This document shows, in pieces, positions 1-13,420 of a stretch of DNA of 26,765 nt (positions within the stretch are counted from its first letter, which is position 1; each line of letters opens with the position of its first letter). The notes under the pieces are model-generated. The model saw only the letters and a program-made list of their open reading frames with translations. It did no database searches and was not told the origin of the DNA. Made by a program: the position numbers and the translations under genes. Where the stretch lies: NCBI GenBank assembly GCA_024626585.2, contig JANKJI020000004.1, positions 100,454,358-100,481,122 of the forward strand. Direction: 5' to 3'. Origin of the DNA: Ginkgo biloba. Lineage: Eukaryota; Plantae; Ginkgophyta.

Positions 1-574
1 TATGTATATTAGTATGTGTTTATGCCAAAATCCACCTGTGTAGAAAATTTAAATAGGATAAAGAAATGAATGACATAAACATAGGAACACAAATGAGTAT
101 GATAGGGGATGATATCCTTAGATAAGAATATGCTCCCTTAAAGATTCTTTCTTCCTTGGATGGCTCAAATTAAACTCTTGGATATATAACCAAACTTGCA
201 ATATGAATGTAATAAGATAACAAAGAAAATGTGTGTACTCCAAGGAAATAAATAGATTAGTAGAAATTGATCACGAATTAAGAAGAAATGGAATGAATAA
301 AGATACATAAGTTGATGAAAAAATAATAAATGATTAATAAAAGGGACAAGGTAGCAACATGAAGTGATCTCATAAAATAAGGATTGATACCTTAGATGGA
401 TAAAAATATTTATCCCTTCTCTTCTCTTCTCAAAGTTGTCACATACGATATGAATAATACAACAACCTCAATGATGTGAAATACTTTATTAATAAAATAA
501 TTTCATACAATAAAATGAATGATCTAAGATTTCTAAACAATCTCTAAGAGAATCTAATGATATAATATGAACCA

Positions 575-2597
575 TAAAATGAGTGATATGCTATAATAAA
601 ATATTACCCATGACCCTTTGGCTTGAGCCTAAGGAGGTACTTATATCATAAATTATCCTCATTACATTAACCATGGGGTAACCTTGTTATATATGGTTTC
701 TTTAGGTCATGATCCTATATGTAGTGAGATTGAAAAGGAAAAGGATTATGTATAACATGAATGCATTAACTAAAGCATAATGACATATGGTTATTTGGGT
801 AATGATGTGAAGAAAGGATATTTGGAAAGATAACATGATGTACATGGCCATACGATAGCATAACCATAGAGATAAAAGTATTATGAGTAAGTATACAAAT
901 AGAGTGATAAATAGAACTAAGGATCACAATACGATTAAAATGAGATCATGTAGCACAAATGAGTTGTAAGAAGCATTAAATGAGATATAATTATCCATGG
1001 ATGTAAGAAATACATGGAAAAATAACATAAATGAATAGTGTATATGTATGAAAAATGATGATAAGGTAATGCTCCTAAAAAATTAAGGTTTGCAAGAATA
1101 TTATTAATAAAGGGTTGAAATTCTTTGGAAAAATCCATTTTTATAAAGTAATAATCAATAATTGATAACCGCCATAGTGAATTGGTACAAAAATGGATGG
1201 GTATTATGAGTTAAAATATATGGAGTGGATGTTACCATTAATATGAAATACCAATGTTTCTTGTTAAGGAAGAAAAAGTTAAAGAGAGAGAGGTTGAACC
1301 ACCTAAATTAATTCAACCCCACTTAAGAATACACACTCATGAAAAATACAATCCAAACATTATGTAAGTATGGCACTAGACATATGTTAGCCTCATGAAA
1401 AAATATGATATAATAATAAAGGCATACAAGTATGGATAGGTCCCATTCTCATAGGCATGATAATATAATATCTAATGAAAATATCATATCATAATGGAAA
1501 ATGTCATGTAGCAAATATCAAAATAATGAAAATGGATATCCTGATGAGAAATGATAAACCATATGATGTTGCATGAGCACATGAATGTATCATGATGAAT
1601 TGGGCATGGAGTTAAGTGATATGGTCCATGAAATAACTTCCTAAAATAATTGATGACTAATTAAATTAACTATTTGAATGTGTAAATCAACAATCAACTA
1701 TTGGATGAAGAAAACTACTACATGGGAGAAAGCATGCATGTGGATTGCCCCTAATTAATACCCAACGTAAAATACTAGAATATGACTAGAGGTATCATAG
1801 AATATATTGAACGATGTATAGTAAAATCTAAATGTTGTATGTGATATAACTGATAAACACTTCAAAGCCTTTGAAAACTAAACAATATGCATTGTAGGGA
1901 AAAATATTGTTGGATATATGAAATATGATCTATGGGATCAACTACATAAGAGGGCCTCAAAATGTTAATGGGACCTAAATGTGTATAAACTAAAATGCAT
2001 ACCTATTTATTCCCCATAAGGTCACTGCATGAAAGATAGACTGAATTTCTAGATCTATGAGGCTTTTGGTGTGAGGTGTGATAAGCAACTAAATGATTGA
2101 TGTCTGATATGTATTCCCCTTAGGTTCTTATAAATACTAAAGGGAAGAAACTAAATATGGATGATTATTTAGAAGGAACTCATAACTCTCTTTAAGTTCT
2201 TATGGATTCTAAAGAGGTAATAATGAAGCTTCCCTTAGATTTTAATGGATTCTAGGGGAAAATATTGTTTAAATATGTCTCTAGATGAGAAATATACAAA
2301 ATGCACATTGAAATGGAAGTGAAATTTAAATGAAAACTATAAATCTAGAATCCACATAAAAACATAGTTTTGATAGCTGTAATTTTTCTGAAAACAAACA
2401 TCTAGAGTGAAAGTTATAAGCTTCAAAAGATGAATTATGGTAAAAAATATTGCACTATAAATAAAAATATTGCCAAATTTAGAAATCATCTATACGATTG
2501 AACATGGTAATCTAAAGATGATGGGAAATATCTCAAGTGGTGGAGAGGAGATTACATTAGGATGAATTAACCTTCAGGTTATAGGTAGGTTCCCACA
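575..2597. mobile_element. Decayed solo-LTR-like repeat, copy A (left boundary approximate)
   Basis: 2110-2595 is collinear with 5090-5570 (e.g. AAATATGTCT.TAGAT, AAAGATGAATT, CACTATAAATAAAAAT, AACCTTCA...TAGGTAG). TAGCCTCATGAAAA and ATATTACC are shared with copy B. Ends in ...TCCCACA. Confidence 0.6.
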
Positions 2598-2599
2598 CC

Positions 2600-2714
2600 C
2601 ATATACATACATACATATACATATATATATTTGTGTGTGTACATATGAATACATACACACATACACATACACATATACAAACAAATATATACATATGTAT
2701 GTGTGTGTGTATGT
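2600..2714. repeat. Compound AT/AC/GT/ATAC microsatellite
   Basis: ATACATAC, ATATATAT, TGTGTGTG and ACACATAC runs. Confidence 0.9.
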
Positions 2715-3830
2715 TTTATCACCTATTTTAGAACCTATCATATCCATATATGATTCTTATTCATATGCATTCATACCACTTACATATCCCTTAACTGATC
2801 TTGTGGCATTTTACGATTACCCTATGGTTAGCCTCAGATAGTCATTATCATCCTATAAATATCCCTTTTATAAATAGTTAAAAGGAATATATTCCATTAT
2901 TTAATAGCAGATAGTGCCTTCATCCTTTCTTTACTCATGGGAAGGAAAGGGGCTTTTCATTCTAAATATGATCATGAGACCTTTCCTTTACATGAAGTGA
3001 TAGAGTATTCTTACATACAGTTTGGTATTATCCTTCTTAATGAAAAATTTTAGTAGCATTTTCATCTCATCTAACATTCTCTTTCTTTATGACATATTTT
3101 CCCATGATTTTTTTATGCATGTTATTTACATCAAGGACTCCATGCATAAAGAAACCCCATGTTTTTAGTTCTTTGAATGTGTTCTTGACATGTATCATTT
3201 TAGGGAAGTGGTTCATACCACTAACATATTTTAGCGACCATACTGGAGAATGTAGTGCATTCCTTAGCATCTGCACTTCAATGTATCATTCGTGTGAAGG
3301 TTTAGTATATGGCTCTTTCAACAAGATTTTACAAGTTTGAGGAAACTATTGGATGACTTTGTATTTGATGGTTGTAATATTCTAATATTGACAAATGAAT
3401 TCTAAATTAAGGGTGATTTTATATAATGACTCTATTATTTTAATGCACTATTCCAACTGATGACATTATTATTCACTATTATGGTGATTTACTACCTGAA
3501 TTATATTTATACATGTCGTGATGTCTTCGCCATCGGATCACAGTCAACACATTTGGTGGTGTGTATCACAATGATTGTTCATTGCTCTCCATGGTGTCTT
3601 TCCTCGTCTTCTAGATTACCTATTCTTGATCTTCACCACACCTTACCTTTGAAAATAATGACAAACTATTGACAGATACCAAACAGATGATCATCAGGCA
3701 TTAGGCACTTATAGATGGTATATGTATAGAAACCTCAACACTCTAAAAGGAGAGAACACCTGCGAATGAGTTATCACCAACTTCATTGCGTCAATGATTT
3801 TTTGCATACTTTTGATTGAGTTTATTTGCT

Positions 3831-5573
3831 TGTGGGGCACTCTCAGGTCATAGACTGAAATATTACCATGTTGTACGGTTGCTTGGCTTCAAGANNNNNN
3901 NNNNNNNNNNNNNNNNNNNNNNNNNNNNNNNNNNNNNNNNNNNNNNNNNNNNNNNNNNNNNNNNNNNNNNNNNNNNNNNNNNNNNNNNNNNNNNATTGAC
4001 CCTATTCTACCCAAATCCTATCTCAAGAGTCACAGGTGATCTCTCATTATATGATTTTGAGCTAAGGACCCCCAATTTGTGCTATAATGAGAGTTATAAT
4101 ATATATGGTCAATTAGGGCCATGAAAGTTAAATTTTTTGTATGGAATGATAACATCATATATAAGAGGCCAAATAAAGAAATAACCATAGGGATACATGT
4201 CAAATGAATGCAAAATGGTAGTGCATTATTGATCTATGATATTTTAATTACAATGGTAAAAGTATTAAATAATGATTTTAATAAGTATTACTATGTGTAA
4301 TAGAACAATGTATTTAGAGGTGTTGAAAATTACAATAAAAGAATGCCCCCCAAATATTGAGGCCTGGAAGAGTGTAATGTATGAAAGTCTGAAAGTCTTT
4401 AGTAAGGAGACCAATTCATTACGAATTCATCTATAAATGCATCATTATAAGTTAGGATAAAATAAAATTTTCCAATACATAATGAATATGAATGAAAGAG
4501 AGAAAGGTAGTAGTACTTCATCTACACCTGGGGAAGAAACATTAAAAAAAAAAAAGGTAAGCCAAATTATAAAGCACGATATTGGACAAGTCCTAGCCTC
4601 ATGAAAATATAAAATAAAATGAACACATGGGTAATGACATAAAATGATTTTTTATAATGAAAATATGATGTCATATATAATATAATATAATGTTATATAC
4701 AATAAGAATGAGACTATCATGTAAGAGTAGCAGAAGAAATAAAAGGTGCATAAAAGTGGAAGTGTGCATGCATGATTAACTATAGAAACTGGAATTTCTA
4801 CCAAGGGGACAAGTGATGAAAGGTTTTTCCCAATTAGGATCCATGTCTGAACTATATAAGGACTATTCATATGATGAATTGAAATATGGATGAATGTCTT
4901 CTTTATTGGATCCTTATAAAAAAATGTACATCATTTGGGAGGAAATATAATTGTTAACTCATGTACTATTAAAATGAACATGTATGGATGCCCCCCAAAA
5001 ATGTGTATCCCAAAATATATGTAAAATCTAGAGAGCTAAGAATATTTTAATGAAATAATATGATAACCAAATGCTAAAATTGATAGAAATATCCCTTAGG
5101 TTATTATGTGGACTAAGGGAAAAAGAAGTCCAGATAATCGACTATAATAAATTGATGCCTCTCTTTAGGTTTTATGGATTTGAAAGAGATAAAAAATGAA
5201 TACTCCCTTAAGTTCTTATGGATTCTAAGGGAGAAATCTTGTCTAAATATGTCTTTAGATAAAAAATATATAAATTGCACATTAAAAATAAATCCAAATG
5301 TAGATGGAAATTATAAATATAATATATTTCTAAAAATATGATTCTAATAGCTATAATTTTACTAAAAATGGGCACTCTAGATGAAATTTATTATCTCTCA
5401 AAGATGAATTTGTAAACCAAAACTATGACACTATAAATAAAAATGTTCCCATTTTTAGCAATAATTTGTATATGAAAATATGGAATTATAGAGATGATGC
5501 TAAATATTTTGAGTGGTAGAAAGGAAATTTTATTTAGAAAAATCAACCTTCAAATTCTAGGTAGAGTTTCAAA
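3831..5573. mobile_element. Decayed solo-LTR-like repeat, copy B
   Basis: Starts TGTGGG (the inverse of the CCCACA end of copy A). Same orientation as copy A and visibly homologous, though strongly diverged. Confidence 0.6.
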
Positions 5574-6723
5574 TTCATCATCATGAGTTTAATTTAATTT
5601 TAACATTTAATTTTGTTATATGTTTTATTTAAAAAAAAAAAATCATCTTAATTAGATAGTTCCATAGGTTTTCCACTCATACCATATGTTTCTCTTATAA
5701 GCACTACATATTTACCTTAAATCCATCATAGATTTAATTAGATAGATAAAAGCATGATGTGTTCAAGAGGGCCCCCTTTCATAACAAAAAATAGATTAGT
5801 ATTCAAGTTATTAGTCAATGGGACCATCAAAAATAAGTTTTTGGATTTAGAGATCATATCCTCTCCATGAAAAAATATAAAATTAATGATATTACAAAGT
5901 TATATTAGAGTGGTAAGTATTTATATTGCTAGTGAGATCCTCATTATATCTTAGATCAAGATGCAATATCATAAAGATTATATGGTTATCCATATGTGAT
6001 CCTAGGTAACTATACTATCAATATATTTGGAATTGTGGACAATGATTATCACATGGTAGTGATTATCATGAACTAGTGTATTATTAGTTTTAAAATATAT
6101 TATAGCTTTCACTTGATAGTGATCGAGGTCTTGACATACAAGGGACCTTATTTGACTGGACTAGCATGTTACTAGAGTTATTATAGACGATTTAACTTGT
6201 TAGAGGAGGATAGTGACAATACCATATATATCCATTCTATAAGAATTTGTATATGATATATTAATTCATTTGAGACCAGTAAGAGGACATTCTCCTATAG
6301 TTTTGAGCATGTCATGGTTGGTGAGATGGGAGGTTGTCTAGATACAAGCCTAGATATAATATAAGGATCAAAATTTGATCATGGGAACGTATAACACCTA
6401 GATATATAGATTTATTAGATATCATATATTGAATATATTGGTCCCTCTATATCTTAGGATAGATTGGAGGGGTAATTTAGATTCTCACCTTAGTACATTA
6501 GCATAAATTTTATGGTGATGGGAGTTGGAGATCGAGAAGGTAAATTATTTATGTTTTAACTATTTCATCTATAATTGAAGTTGATTTAACATATATACAT
6601 AATAATAACTAATAAATTTATGTNNNNNNNNNNNNNNNNNNNNNNNNNNNNNNNNNNNNNNNNNNNNNNNNNNNNNNNNNNNNNNNNNNNNNNNNNNNNN
6701 NNNNNNNNNNNNNNNNNNNNNNN

Positions 6724-7787
6724 ATTCTAAACTAGGAATCAACTTGGTAAGTCTAAGACTAAGGTTGAATAATATCTTAACTAAAGTTGGAAACATTTCC
6801 ATTAATGTAGAGGTAATAAAGATGGATTTAGTTGGATAAATATCCACTTGAGGAACTAATATGATTTTGGGTGGAAATAAGAATTAGTGAACATTATTTT
6901 CATCATATTTAGACTAACATAATATCATGATGGATTTATTGAAGGGGGACTGAATCAAACCATATAATATGAAAGCGACTACCCCCATTAGAGTAACCCA
7001 ATCTCTAACTAGAAGCATATGGAGTTATAATTGATTGCAAGAAAACTAAATATTAATAGAAATATTCTTCCCCTCAAATATATTTGGTAATTAATAGAGG
7101 GTACCAACAAAAGGGATCAAGGCATTATTCCATATATGTAGAATATGTTAACTTGGATTGACATGGAAAAACCCTAAAGACTAGAATGTAGATTGATACA
7201 TACTGGATACTGTCTAACCTTTATTGATAATGCATATCTAAAATTTTTAATGACTAATATAAAATATTATATTGAATGGTTCAAGTTTGTATAATAGTAT
7301 CCTCAGTGAGAGTGGATTTATTTATAATAATTAAATTAACTAGTGGGATTATAACCCCACCTAATAGATTCAATAATTGTGACCTTTGATTAAGATATTA
7401 TTATAAGAGTTTAAGGATATAAATGGTTGAGGGTGCACTGGATAAATATTTTACTACATGTAAATTATATGATTGATATGATTATTTCTTATGATACAAG
7501 GACCTATAGGCCCGAGATCTATTAGATGGATATGATGTACATATTTTTGGACTTATAATTTATAATAAAACACAAAAATTATTAAACTATGATGTGGAGG
7601 TATTTTTATAATCTTGTTGAGCCATAGATATAGTCATAACCATGACATTGTCACCTATCCTAGCGTGCATAATGTTGGTAGAATAGGATGGGTAAGGCAT
7701 GGATGCCATATTAATACTATAAGGTGATAAATTCCTAGGTTGATAAATTAGAATGCATACCATAGGTTAGGTCCATATTGATGGAAT
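6724..7787 (-). mobile_element. Degenerate Ty3/gypsy (non-chromovirus, Tat/Ogre-like) gag-protease remnant
   Basis: Minus translation ~7280-6950: ICIINKG*TVSSMYQSTF*SLGFFHVNPS...LPNIFEGKNISINI...LHMLLVRDWVTLMGVVA. This follows the retrotransposon aspartic protease pattern (IIDxGASVSIM...YNLLLGRxW). Many stops. Confidence 0.65.
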
Positions 7788-10700
7788 NNNNNNNNNNNNN
7801 NNNNNNNNNNNNNNNNNNNNNNNNNNNNNNNNNNNNNNNNNNNNNNNNNNNNNNNNNNNNNNNNNNNNNNNNNNNNNNNNNNNNNNNATTGAAGGAAATT
7901 AGTTACTAACTTCATGCAATGTCTTAACCATTTTAACCCATAAAAATAAAAAAATATGATTAGTGGGTCGACGATTCAATTTAAGATGCAAAGTTCATGA
8001 TGAACTCCAAACTAAAGAATTTTAAATTTGCCGATTGCATGATGCAATTTTCCTTTGTTGTAATGATATGCTTCAAGTGTGACTAAAGCTTACAATGATA
8101 ATTCATGTAAATGTGGTCCCATTTATGGGTCAACACCAACCAATATCTATTACCTTTTAATATCATCATTTTTGTCATCAACTCACTCATTCTTGGTCCT
8201 ATACCTTTAATTCCATCTACTATGTTGCTCATTCCTTATTCTCCAACTTCTTATTATTATTCCATCAATACTAATTGCGATGAAAACTGGACTCACATCT
8301 TGATGTCCTCACTATCTTAAATATTCCTAAGATAGATGGGAGTGAATATTAAATATATTTCTATTCAAGTTTTATCTTTTAAAATCACTCTCTTATATCA
8401 TCAAGATCTTGATCAACATCACTCCAAGATAAGTTATGCACTTTATGAAGGGAGGATTTTTAGATAACTCATGTTTCCAATAAGTCTAGGCCACTTACTC
8501 ACATAGATTAATAGTGGGCCAAGAGTGGCATGCACTATGTAGAGAAGAGAAGAGAAGTCATCACCTTAAATCCTCCTCCCTTTTATAATTCTTTCGAATA
8601 CCTCCCATACTAATCACAACGCCTTATAACCACCTTTGATGCCATTTTTAACATCTGTAGAAAGAATGATTTTTATATCCCAAAGTAAGTATTCACTTAT
8701 GATATGCAAGATTTTATGCCTAGAAGCCTCACTCATATTGGGAAACTTGCACACATACAATTTTATCATATAAGTTGATTGACACAGTAAGTATGCATTC
8801 CTCACCTCAAACATGTCTATCAGTTTTCATTATTTCCAACACTTGCCCTACCATCCTTAGCATCTTATTGGAAACTTAGCCAACATGCATTTAAATAACT
8901 TGCACTCTCTATTCCCATNNNNNNNNNNNNNNNNNNNNNNNNNNNNNNNNNNNNNNNNNNNNNNNNNNNNNNNNNNNNNNNNNNNNNNNNNNNNNNNNNN
9001 NNNNNNNNNNNNNNNNNNCTACTTTTATAAGGATTTGAGTACTCTAGAAGTTTTTGGTACTACCATACCTATCTCAATATTTACTCTTCCTAAAGTTTCT
9101 CCATAGTACATGAAATGATTTATCTATGATGAAGGATAATACAATAAAGATGATAGGAGATTCATATCTATAAATTAAATATTCTAATATTTTCATACCC
9201 CATAAGGGGGTATTTTTTCCCATGCAATGTTTCCTATTGACCTACATATGGAATCCCCTCAAATATTTTTCAAATAATGAAGGTAGTTTCATCCTGCAAA
9301 TTAGATTAGAGTTGTAAGATCAATGTTAGTAGAAGTATAAGAGATGAATTAAGGCATACAAGTAATTCTAACATTTAGAAAATTTTTTATGATAAAAATT
9401 TTGATGTTAAGAAAAATCTAAAGTTTCAAAGGAAAGGAAGGTTAGTCAGAAGCTAGAAGTCTTGAACAAATTTATACTTAAGAAAATTTTGTGTTCTAAT
9501 TTTGAAATCTCAAAAGGTTTTGAGTAAAGGAAGACGAACACTTGACTTCCCTAATTGAAAAACCCTAATAAGTCTCAAGTTCAAATTGATAATCTATTAT
9601 GAACCTTGTGGACCCAAAAAGGAAGTAAATTAGGGTTAATAAAGTTGGTAAGAAGTTTGTACATGCTCAAAATATTAGAGTATGAAAAAATATGAAGAAA
9701 TAAAGATAGAGTATAATGTTTTCCTTCAAAAAAACTTTGAATGAATTCAACTTATGAAAAGGTAGAGATTATTATTTTATCATGAGCCTAATGGACCTTA
9801 ATGGTAAATAAATTCTAGTTAATGATTAGTTGACATCCATTACCACTAAGAATGGGGTTCAAAACTCATAGTTTCAAAGAAATATATGACAAAGTAATAT
9901 GTGATGCAGAGATAAAATAGACCAACAAATTTTAAATAATAACTTGAATACATCAAGTCACCCTGATACATGGCTCTATGATATTTAATCTTGATTTATG
10001 ATCATCAACAATCAATTTTAAAAGGATAGGTCATATATCCTTTATGCATGTTAGAAGTTTAGTCACATCATATGAAATTATTTGCACAATGTTATTCCAT
10101 GCTTTGGGTAGGATGTGTATGCCATGCATAAATCATAATTCCACTTCTCTATTTATTGAGTATGGTTTTTAAACATACTCTATAAAATAGGTCTTATTTT
10201 TATTNNNNNNNNNNNNNNNNNNNNNNNNNNNNNNNNNNNNNNNNNNNNNNNNNNNNNNNNNNNNNNNNNNNNNNNNNNNNNNNNNNNNNNNNNNNNNNNN
10301 NNNNNNNNNNNNNNNNNNNNNNNNNNNNNNNNNNNNNNNNNNNNNNNNNNNNNNNNNNNNNNNNNNNNNNNNNNNNNNNNNNNNNNNNNNNNNNNNNNNN
10401 NNNNNNNNNNNNNNNNNNNNNNNNNNNNNNNNNNNNNNNNNNNNNNNNNNNNNNNNNNNNNNNNNNNNNNNNNNNNNNNNNNNNNNNNNNNNNNNNNNNN
10501 NNNNNNNNNNNNNNNNNNNNNNNNNNNNNNNNNNNNNNNNNNNNNNNNNNNNNNNNNNNNNNNNNNNNNNNNNNNNNNNNNNNNNNNNNNNNNNNNNNNN
10601 NNNNNNNNNNNNNNNNNNNNNNNNNNNNNNNNNNNNNNNNNNNNNNNNNNNNNNNNNNNNNNNNNNNNNNNNNNNNNNNNNNNNNNNNNNNNNNNNNNNN

Positions 10701-11030
10701 NNNNNNNNNNNNNNNNNNNNNNNNNNNNNNNNNNNNNNNNNNNNNNNNNNNNNNNNNNNNNNNNNNNNNNNNNNNNNNNNNNNNNNNNNNNNNNNNNNNN
10801 NNNNNNNNNNNNNNNNNNNNNNNNNNNNNNNNNNNNNNNNNNNNNNNNNNNNNNNNNNNNNNNNNNNNNNNNNNNNNNNNNNNNNNNNNNNNNNNNNNNN
10901 NNNNNNNNNNNNNNNNNNNNNNNNNNNNNNNNNNNNNNNNNNNNNNNNNNNNNNNNNNNNNNNNNNNNNNNNNNNNNNNNNNNNNNNNNNNNNNNNNNNN
11001 NNNNNNNNNNNNNNNNNNNNNNNNNNNNNN

Positions 11031-13420
11031 NTTTGGTATATGATTTACTATTTGCCTTGAGTTTTCCTAGGTTGTATTATAATATCTAGAATATGGAAGA
11101 AAATGGTCTACCAATCACTCACTAGTACCCTAAAATATGGAGGGAAAATTACAAGAACTATTTATTTGGTTAATGATAAGTTTATTTTTAAGATGTCTTC
11201 TCTCCTTAAAAATTAGGAGTTTGAAAGAGTAAGTTTTACTTCTAGAGACACTCTAAAGGGGATTAGTCAATGGTATCTAGAAAAGAACTATACCTACATT
11301 CTCCTGTATGGTTTTGAGGATAATTCATATTGGCTCCCAAAATTCATCGATGATTATATCATATTATATAAAATATGTAGAAATATTCATTCCATCAACT
11401 TTAGAATATCACACAAAGAAAAGAAGACTATTTTTCATTCTTTTCCATTTTATTTGGACAAGCTTATTATCCTATATATTGGATATATGAAATATTTTTC
11501 TAAAATAATAAATGAATTTTGGCTTGAAATAGTCTAGTTGAGATTTTATGACCTAAAAGGAAGTTTTGATAATCATATGGTAGGATGGAAAATGAACTAT
11601 TTTCATTCACTGAGTTTGAAAGATAATCTTAAGAATCCTGTTAATTATGATTAAATGGAACACAAGTAAAGGGATATAATGACCCATAAAATAATCTCAT
11701 ACATGTTAGAATCCAAACAAAATATTAGTGTCTCTCATGAAAAGGGTCATTTTGATAATTGGGCTTGATCCCAAAGGACACACAAACACAAGGAGGGGAA
11801 GGATAGAGAGGTAATTCTTCTCCAAAGTCTTTGAGGGAGGGATATGGACTAGTAGATACTTAAATTATTAGGCAAGCCTCAACCACACTTGAGTCCTCTA
11901 TATTACAAGTTGGTCAAGGTGTAATAACAGGAATAATTGGTGATGGGAATGACTCAAATAAAGAAAATAAAAATAAATATGGACACAACGGAGAAAAGTC
12001 CAATCCTAAGAATCCCAAAACAAAGAAAAATTAAATTTTAGGTCATTCCACATTAAAAGGAAGTTCTTCCTCTGGTAAGAGNNNNNNNNNNNNNNNNNNN
12101 NNNNNNNNNNNNNNNNNNNNNNNNNNNNNNNNNNNNNNNNNNNNNNNNNNNNNNNNNNNNNNNNNNNNNNNNNNNNNNNNNAAAAAATGAATCTAAATAT
12201 TAGAATAAATATTATTGGAGTAATAACAATAAGAAGCTACTAAGAGGTATTAAGAAGCATGAATATCACCCTCCTTCTTACAAAGACCAAGGGAAAACAA
12301 ATAGTTTTTAAAATAAAATGGTTCAACTACCTTTGTAATGGTTAGGGTGACTCAAAATTTGGATAGAGGAATAAAGTAAAAAGGAAAAATAGGAACAAGT
12401 GACTTTAATAATTAAAATATAAAATTTCCCACATAAGTATCTATTTCAACACATTAAAGAATTTTGAGTGTCTAATGCTTAGTCAAAATTCATATTTGGT
12501 TACTATATATGATTCTCCACCTATTAAATTTAATAGGAAACATACTACATTTGAATTTTATGTATATTAAAGGTCTATTAGGATAATCATTTTTAATCCT
12601 AAGTCCTCATTATTGATGGTTGTAGTTAGTATGGAAGATTTTTATTTTCAGTAGATATAATTGGACACAAGTCAATTATTGAGTTGAGAAACAATATAAT
12701 TTCATGAGACCTGATTTGAAGTCCTCAAAGTGAAATTAGAAAAAATGATGTAGGATAATTCCTAATTTTGGGGTGAAAATACATCCCTTAAAGGTAAATT
12801 AAATACATTTAATGTAGCCATAATTCCTTCAATTACGATGGATTGATCTACCTCTATTGCAATAATAGAAGATAATGGATTGTATATGAAAGTATTATTT
12901 ACAACTTCATATTAAAGAGAATTTATTGGAATAAAATAAAAAGTGGAAGAGAATAAGGAATAAGTCTCTCTGAAAGCATATGATCTCACTCAAAGGAAAA
13001 AAACCATCACTAGAAGAATTTCTTCTAATATATAATCTTATGCCTAGGTTGTAGTCCTTCTTTCTTAAAGAACTAAATGAGATACAAAGTTACATGGACA
13101 AAGAATCCATTGGTCTATGTCCCATTCAAGAGGAGGTGATCTAATGTGAAATATCCTTTATCCTCAAAAGGGAACTACTACAAGAAATCTTGGGGTAATT
13201 AGCAATATTGAAAGTTAAAATCAATGACCCATTATCTTCATTAGAATAACAAACATTAGAGAAATTAGGCATCACCATTATGAAAGGATAATTGTTTTGT
13301 CCCAAATGAGACCTACTCAAAGATAATTTTTTCAAAAAGAGATAGAGCTTTTTATTTATTGATTGATGTAGAAATATTAAATTATTCCACTTTATATTCC
13401 TATATATTGGACAATAAANN
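11031..13420 (+). mobile_element. Highly degenerate Ty3/gypsy internal region (gag, protease, RT traces)
   Basis: TTTGGTATA (possible decayed tRNA-Met PBS) at the gap edge. Gag-like IPTFS...LFHF traces at ~11.3-11.5 kb and faint RT-like traces at ~13.1-13.3 kb. CpG-depleted. Confidence 0.4.
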
